Assembly: GCA_964187785.1 (NCBI GenBank)
Contig: OZ076409.1
Location: forward strand, 88,786,001-88,850,000
Length of the DNA: 64,000 nucleotides
DNA from: Amphiscolops sp. MND2022
Taxonomy: Eukaryota
Reading direction: 5' to 3'
Under the pieces are notes generated by a model, which had not been told where the DNA came from, did no database searches, and saw only the letters and a program-made list of their open reading frames with translations. Below, piece after piece: positions 61,444 to 64,000 of the stretch. Made by a program: the position numbers and the translations under genes. The first letter of the stretch is position 1. Each line of letters begins with the position of its first letter.

Positions 61444-64000
61444 ATGGATTCATTGACAGGAAGTGAACCGCGCGAATTTATTCTTTTCCGTTTAGGAACT
61501 GAATCAAACGGTCAACCGACCTAGACGTCTATGAATAATGAAAGCATCAGAGATAAGAATCTGATCCAACGTCCTGATGTGGCTGAAGAGACCAGTAGTC
61601 CCACAACCGTAGGAGGAGCAGCTTCTTCTTCTAGACAGGCACTTACACCTCCCACTTCTCCTAGTCTTTTACCCACTGCCAATGAAATCATTGAGGAAAG
61701 TGGATCACAGGTTTCCTCTGAACAAGAGTCTTCTACAAAAAATGTTGCTTCTCCCACACCTGCGGCTTGTCAAACAACCCCCTGTCCACCGTCTCCTGAC
61801 TACAAGCCATCCCTTGTCAATCCTTTTGCGTCCGGAAATAGCAGTTCTGGAGAAAGTGTCCAAGCATATTTGACCCGCAAAATTGAGAGTCTTGAAAGAG
61901 ATTCACGGGAACAAGAGGTCTTAGTAGGGGCAAACAATAATGTAAAGGCAAGTGAGGGGGAACCTATCCTGATGATTCCCTCCACAAGTTTCCAATTGAG
62001 CCCGACTGAACAAGATTCCGCTGGACCTAAAGTCTCATTTCTTGGACCATTGCTTGGAGCTAGCTCGCAAGCGGAACCAGAACGTCCTCAGGGTACAAAC
62101 AAACGTCCAAGAATAGGGAGTACATCCTTTCATGAAATTCATCCTCCAGCCAAACAAAGAGCTCCAACTCCATTTCGTACCACAATTGAAGAAGAGACTG
62201 ACACAGACTCAAATGCCGAAACAGGTCAATAAGACGTTCGGGCTGTTACAGCTAGATGTGAACTTGTAGTTGACACTGAGGCTGAGTCCTCCTTCAACCC
62301 AGCTGGTTCAACAATTGCTCAGGCTATAGACTTGAAGTCCCGACAGCTTAACATTGAGTCTAGTGACGCTGAAAGTGCGTTTACCACCGTTGGCCTCCCT
62401 GGGGCACCTAGAGGTCAAAGTCTTAAACCCACGAATTGGGTGCTCATCAACGAACACCTCCAGACTAATGAACCCTTCAAATTCCCCCAAGGACACCCAG
62501 TTATTGCGTTTACTGAGGATAAATTGAGCAGCGTTCTTAAGATTGTTGCTCATGAGACTGAGAGGGCCTCCCAGGACATGTTAGAAGGCATTATCTAAAA
62601 GATGAGGAGACTCACCTTAGAAGCCTTTGCTTGCACCATGACAACCCCAACGTCCTTAGGTGTCGGACGGAATCAAAGGTCGAGAAGCACGACACCGGGT
62701 CGGTTGAGTGACACAAGTGGTGCCCTGCACAGCGATGATGAGTTCTCCTGTATTGGTTATTCCTAAGAAAGACCAGAAACTGAGGAAATAATTGCTCCAC
62801 CGAAAGCTTCTGAGGGTGCGTCCTGCAGCTATACGGACCACCGGGCCGGCACATCAGTTACAGCTGCCGACAGTCCTGGCGCCCAACCCCTTGCTTCCTT
62901 GAAGGCCGCAGCAATTAAAGACCAAGGCAAGCTTCCTCGTAATCAGTGTGGAAGGTTCACCTTCAGTTCCCGGGGTACAGGGACCCGCAGGATGATCACA
63001 AGGTCTTGCAAAAAAATGAAGGAAGCTTACTTCAAGGGGATGGAATGGACTCGAACATCCGTTCCAGGTCCAGTGGACCCAAGGTGGAATCCTTACAAGT
63101 TCTACTGCAAGATCTGTAAGGCCAACAGCTTCTTTTTGCGCAATCATTCCTCCGAAAAACATTTACGTAAAGATCAAAGGTGGTGGTACGAGTTTCTTTA
63201 CAAAGTTGACCCAGTAACCAAGACGAAAATCCATCAAGTCCGGGGTAGAGATGGTAAATTACTCACATCATGCCAACTGGAATTGGCATTGCCTCACTTC
63301 AAAGACGCTCCGCTAGTTGAAATTGGCAAAAAACCCCCCTTTTTATGCTGAATTCATGGCTGGGACAGATTATATGTCCTCTTCGTTCGATAATCGTGCA
63401 CGTGTCCAATTGTCCGTACTGGCCAAGCTCATTCCTACCCACGGTGACCTTGAGGTTCTGAAAGGCTTCTGGAGTGACGTCGGAGTCATAGTCAATCACC
63501 AAGCCCTGTTTGCGGACTTTAACTGGGGGAAGGAAAGAATTAGTGTAAGTAAGCACAATTAATTCAGTCTATCCGCTTACATCCTCTAGGAAGATGTGTA
63601 CTCGTAGTATTTCCGGGGACTAATCACTAATTCTTTCGATTTTGTATTTAAGTCAAAGTTCACCACATGTTTCTTGAAGTGATTGAGGATCTCAGATGAA
63701 TTCATCAGGTGATTACGCAGTGGATTTTGCTACTGACGGCGTTTTTCCCCTGTCATTTGTCAGATTCTGGCACAGTTAATTGATTCTGGGGGCAGTTCAG
63801 AGCTGGACTAGGTGGTGTTGTCTCCAGAATTAACCAAGGTAAATAACTCCACTTCACCAAGCAGTGACTCGTAGTTTCCAAGAGTGTGAGCGGTCCTTTT
63901 CATGTACGGTTTTGTGCTATTGAGCATAGTTTAGGAATACTGGTTCACGCCATCAGGACAGGCCAACTTGATGTCAGTGGACTCCCTGTGCTCTGTCACG
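61444..64000 (+). pseudogene. Decayed homologue of the antisense zinc-finger/hAT-like cargo gene
   Basis: MDSLTGSEPREFILF ~ MDFFQGSSPPTFISF; FPQGHPVIAFTE ~ FPVGHRTVAFTE; GPVDPRWNPYKFYCKIC..HLRKDQRW ~ GPADPLHNPHMVWCHMC..HLRRDQRW. Donor GTAAGT at 63545 after DFNWGKERIS; exon-2 homologue YAVDF..FVRFW ~63712-63770. Confidence 0.85.

Larger units (their letters stand above)
58268..64000 (-). mobile_element. 3' half of a second, older and divergent giant Gypsy element with the same accessory cassette (continues beyond window)
   Basis: 3' LTR ~59578->58268 (starts TGTCGCAAGC; MPSTRKQK leader at 58590; end ..CCTTACG inferred). Decayed ORF3 homologue ~60402-59484; antisense cargo gene on the + strand from 61444. 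Confidence 0.85.

Overview
AT-rich, transposon-dense eukaryotic DNA, most likely from an invertebrate (spliceosomal GT-AG introns; species not identifiable from sequence alone). There is one clear host gene: a six-exon purine nucleoside phosphorylase on the minus strand (9497->1521, 283 aa once spliced). The centrepiece is a complete 15.9-kb Ty3/Gypsy LTR retrotransposon (28701-44636) with 1729-bp near-identical LTRs and a GGGAA target-site duplication (TSD). Its layout is unusual: (i) gag starts inside the LTR and reads through the primer-binding site (PBS); (ii) pol is reached by a -1 frameshift; (iii) between pol and the 3' LTR lies a ~1300-codon antisense gene with four GT-AG introns (135, 28, 37, 71 nt), encoding a BED-like zinc finger and what looks like a degenerate hAT-transposase fold; (iv) a further sense ORF runs into the 3' LTR; (v) there is no polypurine tract (PPT), and the LTR instead begins with a hairpin. 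A second, divergent element with the same cargo and the same first intron position occupies 58268-64000 on the minus strand. Also present are two solo/partial LTRs of this group, a 4.75-kb non-autonomous LTR element sharing the PBS and a sequence-divergent terminal hairpin, hAT remnants, MITE/foldback palindromes, tRNA-derived SINEs and a dispersed repeat family. All protein-family calls come from motif recognition by eye, not database searches.
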